From Laetmonice hystrix (Eukaryota): a stretch of DNA of 64,000 nt. The notes beneath the pieces were generated by a model. It saw only the letters and a list, made by a program, of their open reading frames with translations, was not told the origin of the DNA and ran no database searches. Made by a program: the position numbers and the translations under genes. The stretch is taken from contig OZ249436.1 in assembly GCA_965235115.1 (NCBI GenBank), forward strand, positions 20,708,001 to 20,772,000, in the 5' to 3' direction. This document shows, piece by piece, positions 50,653-63,591 of this stretch (its first letter is position 1; the number at the start of each line of letters is the position of its first letter).

Positions 50653-53416
50653 ATGAAGCCTGATCAGGAGAGGGTGCGAAATCTACTGACAGACACAGTG
50701 ACTCTCCTCTGTAAAAATGGCTTAACATATAATGACGAACTGAGGGTTGAAGCCCTCATTGGGATTACAGTTGATGAGGATGTGTTTCTTGTTCATGTCA
50801 ATGAATCTTACAAGAATGATGATCCGCGGCCCAAAAGTCCAGAAGTGCAGGCGTCGGACCAACCACCTCCAAACCTACGGGAGAAAGAGCGGCGTGGTGT
50901 CGGATCTGGTGAGAGTCCTGGCAGCAGGAGGCAGAGACAAGAGATGTTTGTTGATCTAACAGGGCGGGATACTCCAGCACCAGCTATGATGTCACCCCAC
51001 AGACAGGGACGTGGTGGCGTGGCCATCAGTCCCCGGATGGCGACCTCACCTCGCATGCGGGGTCCTTACGGGCGAGGGCAGCAGATGCAGTCTCCAGTCA
51101 ACCAAATGCGTCGTGGAAACCCAATGGGAGCCGGGGCTCGCCAACAGTTTTATCGTTCACCAGGAGCAGCGGGACAGATGCCACAGCGTCAGATGAGCCA
51201 GCGGATGATGTCGCCACAGATGAGAGGCCAGATGTATGCTCGACAACAGGGACCGAGACAGTTTAGTCCCATGCATGCATCACCACAAGTCAGACGAAGT
51301 CTTTCTGGAATAATGAATCAGCAGGTCAATGTGAGAGGCTTGTCTCCGCAAGCACAGGCTCAGCTCCTTAAGCAGCAGCAGCACGCAATGGCCAGTCAGA
51401 TGGCTGCACGACAACTACAACAACAACAACAACAGCAAAAAGGTCCACAAAATCCCGATGAGGTCATAGTGTTGGATGAGCCACCAGCCCCAGCTGGAGA
51501 CAAAGAAGCAGCATCTGTGCCCACGGTGACGCCTGTAGGTCCTGCCCAGAGGCGGATTCTTGGCTCGGTGCATTCTCAGCCCGGGTCCCAGCCAGGATCA
51601 CCAACGGTCTCAACCCCAGGAACCCCACCACAACCCATGACCATACAACCGGTTAATATCCAACCAATTGTTTCACAGCCACCCCCTGAGTCCAATGGGT
51701 CTCCGACAGTTGTCTTGCCAGAAACACCCCAGTTAACAGACACTGAGACAGAAGGTCCTGCATCTGATACACTCTCTCAGCTGGCAAGCGAAGTTGGCAA
51801 ACAGCAACGAGCCCGGGTTATGTCAGAAGAACCAACAGAAATCAAACCACAATCTGAGAAAACAGAATCCAACAGTGAACCCGTAATAGATGAAGCTACC
51901 ATTTCAGTGTTGCAGCAGATGGCAGAAACAACAGTGGAAGAACTTCAGAAGATTGCAGTTAAAGATAGCAGTGGTACCGAGCAGTCTGACTCTGAGAGTA
52001 TGCCAAGTGGAACGGTAACTATTGCCCCAACAGGAGTTCCTCCAGATGACAGAGATACAGGAGAACCAATCTCTCCCGGTCAATCCAATGCCACCAACAC
52101 AGGATCGACTCCTTCTCCTGCAGGAAGCCAGAAAAATGGTGAAAATACAACCAGAGGGACTGATGATACTAACATAAACTTAACTGTTCAAAGTGTTCAA
52201 GGTAACTTTTCTCAGTATGATCGCTTGGGTCAGTTCCGGGTTGTGAAAAAACCCCCAGCAGATGACCCTGATGATGACAGTGAGCCCCCAGCCAAGCGGC
52301 GAGCCTTGACTCCAGGCTCTGAGGCAGGCAGTGAGACAGGACAGTCGTCAGTTGGTGATGATGCCAGCACAAGCAGCATTCTGACAGACCAGGCTATGGA
52401 CCGGTCCAGTGTCAAACAAGAAATGACTGATGGGAACAAGAAACCTGTAAGTGTTAACATATAATTTTTTTTTGAGAGAGAGAGAGAGAGAGACTGAGCA
52501 CTTAGCAACGACAGTTGGGTCTGGCTTGATTTTTGTCATTTCCAAGGTAGCATCGGCAACTGACGGGTGAGGCCTCGTCCACATAGAAGTGTTAACATAC
52601 TATACATGATTAAGTAAAGTGTAAAATTTTGTTAAAATGGCACATTATGTAAATATACATGTCAAGACATCTTATATTTCTGTGAACATTTGAGGAAGAA
52701 AGGTACCGGTAGTTGTGAGCAGGAGAATATTTACATTTTATATTAAAGTTACTCTTTATTTTGTCTTTACCTTACAGGACAAAGGGACTATGGTGGTTCA
52801 GATGTGCAAAAATCCAGAGAACAACCTGACATCGTGGGAAGTTCGTGAGTTGTTAGAAAAGCACATCGTCAGTCCAGTTCTCAAGAAACAGGAGTGCACA
52901 GTGACAGCTTTCCGCATGTTCTGGAGAAGTAGTGCAGAAGATGTGGAGAATGCCTGGAAGAATATTGTTAAACAGCGACAGGAAATTGATGATATTGTTG
53001 CGAAGGAAAAGGGCCTGTCGTTTTTCATTTCGGCTGTGACCTGTGAAAATGCTCCTGCAGCAACCTTCCCGGCATTGGGTTATTGGGTGGTGACGCGACA
53101 CCCAGATTACAGCAAGGAACACTTGATGGCGACTGTCAAGGACCACAGCCATGATGCTGAACTGCGACTTATGTTGAAGGCTGATGGTATGAAAATGGAT
53201 GAGTTTGGGGCCCTCTGTCTTATGGTCAAAGACTATGGAGAGGGACTAGTGCAACGGAAAATTGGTGAAAGTGCTGCTGCCTGCTTGCAAACAGACAAAT
53301 CGCACCCTGTTGTTAGATTCATTCTCAAAGAGAATTTCTTCGAACATTTGCTGAAAAATGCCATGAAACATCTTCGGTCTGCATCATTTACAGCCAGCTT
53401 AGAGAAGGTTGTATGA
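50653..53416 (+). CDS. Uncharacterised 810-aa putative nuclear protein (orphan N-terminal domain, long Q/P/S-rich disordered region, folded C-terminal domain)
   Basis: Exon 50653-52446 (598 codons, CCT|GTAAGT, phase 0) joins exon 52778-53416 (ttacAG|GAC, 212 codons plus TGA) in frame. These are long non-repetitive ORFs with canonical splice sites. The product is not recognised. Confidence 0.88.
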
Positions 53417-53955
53417 GTTGGGCACAATTTAATGTGAGAGACTCTTTCTGGAATGGTCTTCAGCTTTATGGTAAACAAAGATGGCAGACCTACAAATCAT
53501 GGCACAAATGGCTTTTAATGTTTGAATGTATAAAGCCCATGAAAGCCTCACATAATTTTTAAAACCGCCGATAGGTACCACCAAATTGTTCATCATACTG
53601 TAGTCTTTTATGTTTGTTTTTTTGAAGCTAGTATATAGGTATTTTGCTACAAAGGATGTTGAATACTTTCTGGAAAAGTTTTCCTTAGTCTAGAGATTTT
53701 GAAATGATTTTTTTCTCCCTGTAAATGATTATTTATCGTTTTTCTTGCATGTAGTGATGATGAAAATTGTTCCAACCAATACAAGCTGACTCATGTATTA
53801 GGCATACTACTAACAGGATGGAGATGTTTTAAAATCATTGCACTGATTGATCAGTATTATACTAAACCAGTTAGTTCTCCAATTCCTTTATTTAAGTCTT
53901 GTCTATACTTTTCCTAAATTTATGAAGATCTATGTAACATCTAAAGGACCATCTG

Positions 53956-54319
53956 CAGAGGTGCCAACTATTAAGACCTCCACGTAATCATTATGATTTG
54001 AGGATAATGGCTACGATATTATGATCTGTGTGATAAAAAATATAATTTGGGGCTAATTTTTGGCCAACACCCGTAAGATTTAATTTTGGTAATTTTTGTA
54101 TAATGTGCCTCAGTAAATGCTATTAGATTTCTGAAATATGATGCAAAAATGCCCCCAGAATGTACCATTTCACTCCTAGTTTTGAAAAATTTTACAGGGG
54201 AGCATGCTCTCAGACCCCACTAGAGCACTAGAAGCGCTTTGCGCCTTTGGCGCTCGCTATGTCAGCGACTTTGCCGCTGCATTATTACCATATCACATCT
54301 TCAAAGGTTGGCAACTCTG
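53956..54319. mobile_element. hAT-like MITE with exact 6-bp TSD
   Basis: TIRs cagaggtgccaac / gttggcaactctg (12/13), with CATCTG duplicated at 53950-53955 and 54320-54325. Confidence 0.78.
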
Positions 54320-57300
54320 CATCTGGCAACTGTCTGATTTGTCAGAGTGGAAAATTATTTGTACATCACTTGGCAGTAGATTTATTCAAACTTCAACATC
54401 ATTAATGATTAAGGAACTAGATTCCATTGATTAAGTTGATCGTGTAGACCAATAAGTACTAAGACATTACTGATTGTATGTGGTAAATTGACTCATAAAA
54501 TTTATTAAGGCATGCTCGTTTCAGTGCTCCTAAAATACGTCGGACATTCGGTCATGGCTGACAGTTGTCGACATTGTCCGACATTTGTGACTTTCCGTCA
54601 CGGTCTGATTTTCTAAAGCATACACTCGCTGCCCGTGTGATGAGATCCTGAATGTCGCTGGGTATTGATAACTAGTAAAAATATGTAAATGGTAACTGGT
54701 TAAAGAGTTTGTCATTTAGGCCCATGTGGTGGTTGATTGTGATGTCTGACATTGACCCAAAATGTCTTGACTTTCAGCTGTTCAACATCAGACAAAATGT
54801 CTGACGTATCTAAAACATTTCGGGAGCACTTTTGTTTCTTTACATCCATAATCACCTCAAAAGTTGGAAGTTCTCGAACTGCTTTGAAATATTTTTGCTT
54901 AAAAATGGAAACTTTGAACCACCATTCCATTCATCCAAAATGTTGGAATCTGTATTGCATGTTTGACAAAATACTTATGAGTAAATACTGAAACTTTAGT
55001 AATTGCGACTCGCTCTTGATACATAACAAGACCTCAGACCGAATTATCCAAGCCGTTTTTGCCTCAAGAACATGATTAAGAACAGACAATTTATCGGTGT
55101 TGTCTCAAGATTATGATTATGTAAAGCAAAGTCGAATTCAACAGGGGCTATGAGTAAGCTGTGCCTGTAGAATGCCAAAAGTACCAGCAAGAGGCTCTTT
55201 TCACACCTGTTGGCCATCTTAGTTTTCAGCCCTGTTGGAGTTCTACAGGGGGAGCCCTGTAACAATCTCGTTCAGATGGCAACTTGTGTGGAAATGAAAG
55301 GGGAGATGTTAATATTAACAAGTAAAGGCAGACGTTGGTATGACGGGCCCTGGCAGCAGGTTGTTCGGTCAGTTTATATCTGTCCACTTTATTGTTGTGT
55401 TTTTTGTATAGCCATGAGATACTTGACCGATTTACACCTAAAAGGAGTCAGTCAGAAACATTTGATCATTTTTTTACTGCACTTAGTGTAACAGTGGTCA
55501 GTCTGCAATATTACCAAAGTGGCCGTTGTGTTAAGTAGAAAACTATGTTGTGTACACAACTTTGGTGACGAGTATGAGTGGTGATTTGGGCTTGCAGTCG
55601 CCTGGTAATTTTCTAGGATATCCAACCACGTCAGGTCGTGGGCGTGTGTGCCCTCGATAAGAATAGTCCTAATTCGTGTAGTAGTTGTAAAATACTACAA
55701 TGTTGACAGATTGTCTAACTCTAAGAATCAAACTTGAAATAACGACTTTGTTTATATCAGAGTAGAGACTCGATGGTTATATACATACCTTGTGAATTAA
55801 TTTTTTTGGGATAAGATGCTGTCTTTGTAGAAAATTAAAAGTAGTTACTACATCATGTACGTATGTAGCATGTTATACGTTAGGGTATGTGTAAAGACCG
55901 CAGTACTGCGGTTACTGTATACATTCTATGGCTGGTGGCATGGACTTAGTTCAAAGATTCTTTATTTGAAGGATTGAAAACGGTATTATATGGCTAGATG
56001 ATGCTTCTAAATAAGCCTATAATGTACATGCCTAGAACAGTTTGGTACCGTCGATGATGTTGTATGTCAGGTAAACATACGTTTTTTTATGTATGGTATT
56101 CATATTTTATGGAAAGAATTTCATTTGTCGCCAGATTGAGCCACATGGTAGTGCGGCACATTTCCTGAAGGCGTCAGCCTGAAGTAATCGGATGCGAGTC
56201 CCTGTAAAGTTCATAAACAAACGTGGAATAATATAAATCCACCATTGAAAGCAAGATAATTCTTTGTTCTGATTTGAGCCTTCACTGTCAACTAACGTGC
56301 TTAATAAAATTTGCAGTTTGATTAGTTGCCTGATACCGGGCTATTCATTGAAGACAGCCATGTTTTTCTGCAGTCTTCATTAGTTCCGAATAACAACTAC
56401 AGATATGGGGAACGAGGTTATGGCATTGCTTTCTTTATCTGCTTATTCTGTTCTTTTTGTGACAAAATCTTCCCTGTAGTTTAGGGAGGTGCCATATCCT
56501 TTTTAGTAGTCCCCATCAGTTTTCATAAGAATTACATCATACCCATCAAGGTATCCGTTTAGAAATAAATGGGATGTTATTTTATAAGGAAAGATATTTA
56601 TTACATTTACATCGTCACTTACAAGGGTCCAATATATAAAACTCTACAGGACACTAACTTGACTAAGCATCTGTTGTGTAAATGTGTTACCATTAAATCT
56701 GTGTTGTAGCCGAATCATTTCTGTCGGAAGTCTGAAGGCCTGTGAAACGAATGTCGGGTGGTCTTGTCCACTGCTATGTTTACACAGTGTGGCTACAGAT
56801 AACAGTTCTATGAAAACAAATTAACACCTTTTATTTTATTTTCGCAATTTCAGAAGAATTAATGAGGTCCCTGTAAATTTGAGGTCAGATGTGAGGCGCA
56901 CCTTGCCGACACGAAGACCAAATTCTCTCTCTGTATCTGACTCCAGTCCAAGAAAACTCGGTTAGGGACAGAAGGATATGGAGTTTTATAGCAAGTAGAT
57001 ATTCGTCGTATGAATACTAGCTCGACTGATCTTTTAGTGCTCTTGTAACGTTCATCCATCAGCATGACTGGGAGAAATAGTTCCCATATTTTCTGAGAAA
57101 TAAAACAGATTATTATAATGTCACTAGATGGTTTATTCATTGACTGGCGTTACAACTAATGCTAATATTTTACCGTTTTTTTTTTTGTTTTTTTTGTTTT
57201 TTTTTTTTTTTGGGGGGGGGGGGGGGGGGTGTCACCGTAAGAGGTTCAGGATGGGCGGAGCCTTCTTTCAATCCTACCGATAGGTTTACGCATTGAATGA

Positions 57301-58787
57301 CACAATTTTGAATAACACATTTATATTTTGCCATATAATCAATAAAGAAAAGATTTCTCCCTTTAAAAAATGTCTTTATTTCATCCTAACATTACATAGC
57401 TGAACATATCATGACTGGATACAACTCCACAGTCAATTATTTCTGTGCATTTTGAATTGTGCAATGTTGGGATTGTAGAAAACAAGTCTTACATATTTTT
57501 TAAAAATTTTAGACGGCTCAACACTGAGCTATTTTTGCACTATAATTACCATACAATGCGTAGCCTACATGGCACCTTTATGTACATGGAACTGTATGTC
57601 ACATTATTAATGTAGCAAAAAATAGAAAATATACAAACAAAATGCACATAAGAAAAGATCTTGTACAAAATGCCTGTATGTTTGTGTTTCAATTCAGACA
57701 GGAGTGACATACTCTACAATACTGAACTAAATACCGTGTTGCAGGGAACTGTACAATAAAGTATTTGTAACAGACGACGAATCATTTGCACGTATATACC
57801 TATAAAATACAGGTAAGCGCCCCCCCCCCCAAAAAAAGTATTCTTTATTTAGACGTAAAGATGTCTATCATATGAAGTCAACACTCTGACTGAACATCAA
57901 ACCAACCACGCCTTCAACCATCAACATGAAGAAATGTTCAGAAGATTTCTAGGGGCTTGAACAGCTTCATTACGGTCATTGTAAAACGAATCTGTACATT
58001 TTAATATTAAAGCTTACAAATTATGTACGATATACAAAACTTTAGTAGATGCCTCCTTACCAGATCTGAGCACTAAGATATATACACAGAACACAGACTT
58101 TTACGGATATTACCGGTATATTCGATCTGTATAAAAATTATGCTGACATTCAAAATGTAAAATTCTTTTCTGTTCAATATTGCACTACTTTAGTTGCACA
58201 GGAAAAAATGACACCAAGTGTAGACTAGGAAAAAATGGCACATATTTAATTAAAAGGCTAAACTTAGGTAGTCATACTGTGGCATTTAATTTAATCTTAT
58301 GACACATAGTTGTAAGAAGAGTTTTGAGCCATTCCACGTAATTGGTAAACAAGACGGTTTCTATAACTGAGGATTTTTTTGGGGTCTTGTTTCTTTACAT
58401 ACATTTAATAGTCACCGTTATTCCATTTTAAGCAAACTGGCAGCCGAACAACAAGATGAACCTCTTTGACTGTCATATAACATGAGTGTGCAATGTACTA
58501 ACTAGTGCCAAAGTAATACATTAACTGGGGCAAGTTTTCTGTCTTTGGAACAGTTCACGTGTATAAAAGGAGATGTATGTACAGGGACGGCGCAGACATC
58601 TCATGATTGGTCAGGCAACTTAAGCATGTGGATTCGTTATGATGCAGATGCGAGTTCCGATCGGTGCAAATCGCTGCTAGGGCCAAAATTATTGGTCAGG
58701 CGAGTGCCGGAGCTGTCGAACCACTTGCGCCGTCCCTGATGTATCATACAATGCTAAAAGCAAAGATATTTTGGCAGCAACCACTAT

Positions 58788-61700
58788 TTATGGAATTGTA
58801 ACTTCTATGGGCCTGCTTCTTCTCCTTCCATCCAACGATCTGAAAACAAGCCAAAGGTATCACAGGCAGCAGCCAACCATGCAGTACTAAAAACAACACA
58901 ATAGAAAATGTTTCTGCTTAACATAAAATGAACAGTATAGTCTCTCAATCAAGGAGCACAAATAGACAACGATTCACCAATAAGATCAAGTCATCAAATT
59001 TGTCTGTGGCCTCCAAAGTTTCTACCAGTTGTTGGTTATACTACATAAATGGCATGAAGCTCCAAGAAATGCTGTCCTGGGACAAAAAGTACTGGGTACT
59101 GTAACTTTGATAACTGGGATAAGGACAACAATCCTCCATCAACTGCACTAACCTTGTTGCCAACAGAACTTTCCCACTGGCACGACTGTTGGACACTAGA
59201 TCGTTCCACGTTTGACCTCCATCAGTACTTGACAAAAACGACAGGCCAGGAATTGCTGAGTTCACCTTCAGTTTTCCTTCGTCAATTCTATACAAAGGTT
59301 ATGAAAAGAATTGGATTAACCAATAATGATTTCATAATACAAGTGTGCAAACAGTGTGCATTTTATATGCAAGACCTTAGCTGGGCACAGCTTATTTTAT
59401 GCTATTTATATAATAGGGCTGAGGATTACAGGCTTTTGGAAAAGAAATAACAGAGATACACTTTTTTCACATACCCCATGTCCGGTATACACATAAAACC
59501 AGAGGATGAAAGAAGATAAAACATTTTGAAGAAACATGAAGTTTCGCAGACGTTTTAGAAGCAGATCATGCACGTCACACCCACAATGCAGGGCATTCCA
59601 GTACATGTTCTGGGACCTTGTTCACAAAGCACACGCAAGACTTGCGGACCCGCAAACTATTATTAAACAGTTGGAGGATGATAGTTTTGTGCTTTGTGAA
59701 TAAGGTCCCAGCTCTGGGACATCATCACTGTGCCTGGAGCTGGAGGCACACTACAATCCGGTACTTTAAAAGTAAAATTTTTACTTTCACTTACAGAGCT
59801 CCTGGTGGAGGGAGGTAATATTTTATGCCCAGCTTCTCGAGGCGCTGTAGTTCCCTGTAACCTAAGGTATTGGCAAACTTTGTCCAGTCTTCAGTCTTCA
59901 TGCGTTCCCGTCGATGATGCTGCATTTCGAGTTCCCATGGGGCACGGTGCCATGAGCGCTCCGCCAAGGCCAACATGCGGGGGTAGAGCATCATATGAAG
60001 GAACTCTGGTGTTCGCAACAACTCACCCCAAAGGTGGCCTTCCATGCCTAAAGAATGTAATATCAATGATGACATCCTCAACATACTACAGGACATTACC
60101 CTAATTCATACACGAACATAAACAGATTCTAAACCTTACAACTACCTCTATTATTGTGCTGGTGTGAACAGTCCATAAATTCTGATTTAGACATTTTAAT
60201 TGTCACCACATTTTTTATAACACAGCCAAATTTGATTACATAATCAAACTTACCGGTACATGCTGATAATTTATTGGGAAAAACTGGCAATTTTTATGAA
60301 ATTTTTCTTTCAATAAAAGGCCAATGATCCAAATTTAACTGGATAATTGAAAAGACCAAAAGTGAAATAGAACGGAAAAGTTGTATGGACCCTAATCATA
60401 CGGTTAAACCTAAAGTTTACCTATGATGTTTTCTGGCTTCTCCAGGGGTGGACATTTCCCAGCATCCTCGTCACAGACATCATCGCTGGTGATTGCCTTC
60501 CCATACAATTCAACATCAATGTTGTCATAGAAACGTTCGGGCATGAAGCCAAAGACCTTCCTGATATCGATGAACCTTGTAGCCCAGTACAATCCCCTTT
60601 CCTCCGGATCTGGTTCATGAGCATGGTCAAAGTACAGATGTGTAGCAGAACCAAGAACTACCTGTAATACCAGAAGCAGATTAGATTTTATTGGCCAGAA
60701 ACTAGGACATGGTACTAATTGGTAGCAATAAAAAAAACCCACACACCCCCTATCAGCCCAGTTTTGGGCCTTCCATGGTCGCTATTATTGATTTACATTT
60801 TATGAAACAAATTAATAAATATTTCAAATATTTTTTGTTTGACCAATTCCAACATTAATAGTGAAGGGCTGACTGTCAATTTACAAGATTTTTTTGAATT
60901 GCTAAGTGCATATACGATAGGGAAGGTGCCAACGGTAAGTATTGACAGCTTGACTATACCTTGTAGTTATTGTTGGCGAGTTCATGTGCCCGTTTTGCAG
61001 TATGGCCTCCCCATACATTGTGCCAAGCATTGGCTGTCAATGTTGTTGTGCCATCAAACTGCTGAACAACATCTCCTTTATAGAATATATCCTCCCATCC
61101 TTGTATGGCCACCTCCAGTTTTGTTGCAATCTGGACAACCCTATGACCAAAGTATTTCACAAGATCAGTCACATTATGAAGGTCGTCATGTTTTCTGTAA
61201 AACTCCGCACAGATGGGGGAGTCTGTAAAGGCTTGTGTCGGTACTTCATCTCCGCCAACATGGAATGTTTTCAGAGGCATCACATCTTTGTGTAGCTCAA
61301 TAAATGTGGCTATGATATGCTTGACAAACTTGTACGTTGACTCCATACACGGGTTAATGGCATTATCTTTGAACTGCTGCACACTCTGATAGACAGATTT
61401 ATCCATTGGATCTGACAGCAAATACTCCTCAGCCTCTGCCTTCTTCCCACTGTCCATAAATTTGAAGTAGCGAGCCTCCATAGCCTTGATGGCTGCACGG
61501 GCATGGCCGGGCATGTCTACCTCTGGAATGACCTCAATGTGACGCTCCTTGGCAAACTGGAGGATCTCCTTGTAATCTTCAATGGTGTAGTAGCCACAGC
61601 CAAGTCCTGTTGCTTCAGGCCCAGAACCCAGCGTTGGAATCAGACATGTCTTTTCATTAGGAGCATACCCACGCTTACTTCCCACCTGTCATGATGTCAT

Positions 61701-63230
61701 CAACACAAGAATAAAGATTAAATACCAAATTACAGACAACAGGGAAAAAAATCGCAGGATGTTTCTACCATTACAGGCTACACAATATTCAAAAACATCT
61801 TTTATGAGAAAAGAATCTCAGCAGAACAACCAGATATATTCCAGTACCTCCTGTAACTGTACTTTTACAATGTACTTAGAACTTTAACATGGTACACCCA
61901 CAACAAGGCATTCAAAGCAATCTGACCATGAAAAGGGCCATTTTTGGAAATAGAACTTAGACGGCATGGTTTACCTCAGTAAGCTCTGGCAAGCCTGGTA
62001 TCTCGACTCTCCATCCTTCATCCTCAGACAAGTGAAAATGCAGCTTGTTTAGTTTATACTGTGCCATTGTATCCAGAACTTTCATAACCTCCATCTTTGG
62101 GAAGAAATTTCTGCCAACATCTAACATTACACCCCGGAATGCAAACCTAGGAGCATCTACTATTTTTAGATCTGGGATTGCTTTTTGACTTTGTAGAAGA
62201 CAGAGTAAACTCTGTAGTCCATAGAAGACTCCCACTGGGCTCGCTCCAATGATGTTCACTGCAGATTTACTTCTCGACACCTCAAGGCTGTAAGCGTCTT
62301 CACTCATTAGCGTTCCTTTACCAGGCCTTGGCAGGTCTACTGTGCCAACTTGCAATGATATGTAGTTTTGCTCAGGGGCAATTCTCTGAATTTTCAGGCT
62401 AGTCTTTCCTGAAACAACATATGCATGTACAATCTATTAGTAAACATTTCTGGTGACATCTACCATGAAGTGTTAAACGAATTACACACACCAAGTTTAA
62501 TTTGGTATCAACCTACTTATTTGATGGAATGATTTTCAGTACCTGCCAAAAACGTTGCTTCATTTTCCAGGAGTACAGGTGCAGCAATGACCCATGTAGT
62601 ACGGTCAATCACCATTGATGCCTTGTTTTCAACAGTTATCTTCAATGGGGTGGGTAAAACCAATTCCCCTGCAACACCCTGGTCTTCAACCTCATTCTTA
62701 AGGTAACGAACATCTGGTGTGTATGGGTCGATTCGGTCTTGGTTCCATCTTTTCCACTTGGATGGCTTATCAAATTCTTTAACAAATGACAAGGATTCAC
62801 CCTCAGTACTTTTCAGGACCTTGGCTTCAGTATCTTTGACAGTAACAAACCAATTGGGGTATACATCAGTCCTTGCAGCTATGAAGCGGCCACCATTAAA
62901 ATGAATGTCCAGTTTTTCTCCTGGTCCCAAGGGTGACCACAATGAAGTGGGCTGCAGCTTGTGAAGGCCACCATTGATGTGACTGAGAAGCATGGCCCGA
63001 CTGGCCAGTTCTACATGCCCAAACTCTCTTACTTGCTCTCCCTCAATGTCGACCGGATGGAAGAAGAAGATGGCCCATGGGCCAGTTGTTACTTTCTCTG
63101 TGCCTGTGTTTGCCAACGTTATTTTGCCAACATAGGAATATTTCTCTACCAGGTTGTTCTCCACTTCATATGTGATAGTCAGATATGAAGACAGATAGGA
63201 CACAAGGCTCTCCTTCTCCATCTTGGTCAT
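58788..63230 (-). CDS. chb-like: Beta-N-acetylhexosaminidase / chitobiase, GH20, four-domain (CHB_HEX, GH20b, GH20 catalytic, C-terminal Ig-like); 842 aa from the in-window ATG
   Basis: Exons 63232-62543, 62408-61975, 61685-60960, 60661-60421, 60047-59795, 59287-59153 and 58839-58788, all GT-AG with compatible phases (1,0,0,1,2,2). The total is 2529 nt from ATG 63230 to TAA. Motifs include RGVMLDVGRNF, KLHFHLSEDEGWR, IEVIPEVDMPGH, catalytic HVGGDEV, HLYFDH, GHLWGE, YPRMLALAERSW and YLPPPGA. An acceptor 2 nt before the ATG implies an upstream exon outside the window. Confidence 0.95.
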
Positions 63231-63591
63231 TCCTTTAAAAAATTAAAAAGAACGTTGCATCTCAAACATAAATCCTAAACACAAATATACAGGAAGGGTT
63301 GTTTGGCTACCCTTTCCATTAAACTTCTGGTTTTTGATACAACCTCCATGTATATCATAACATTATAAGTTCTGCACCACAACGTTTAGTTCATGTTTTT
63401 TAAAAAGGAAATGACAACAGTTACAACATGGCCCCATTTAATGGTTCCTATAAACTGCATGTATCAAAATTATATTACCTCTGTATTGCAATACATATTG
63501 TATGGTGAGAAGATATCATTCTGGCCCTCAAATACAGTAAAAGAGAAAGATGTGATGTACAAATTTAAAGCCAATGTCCCATACTGTGATA

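Noticed and set aside
53417-57300. Alternative last coding exons for the 810-aa gene
   Set aside because: No acceptor-led ORF of convincing length or composition was found. The region looks like 3' UTR or intergenic DNA with MITEs.
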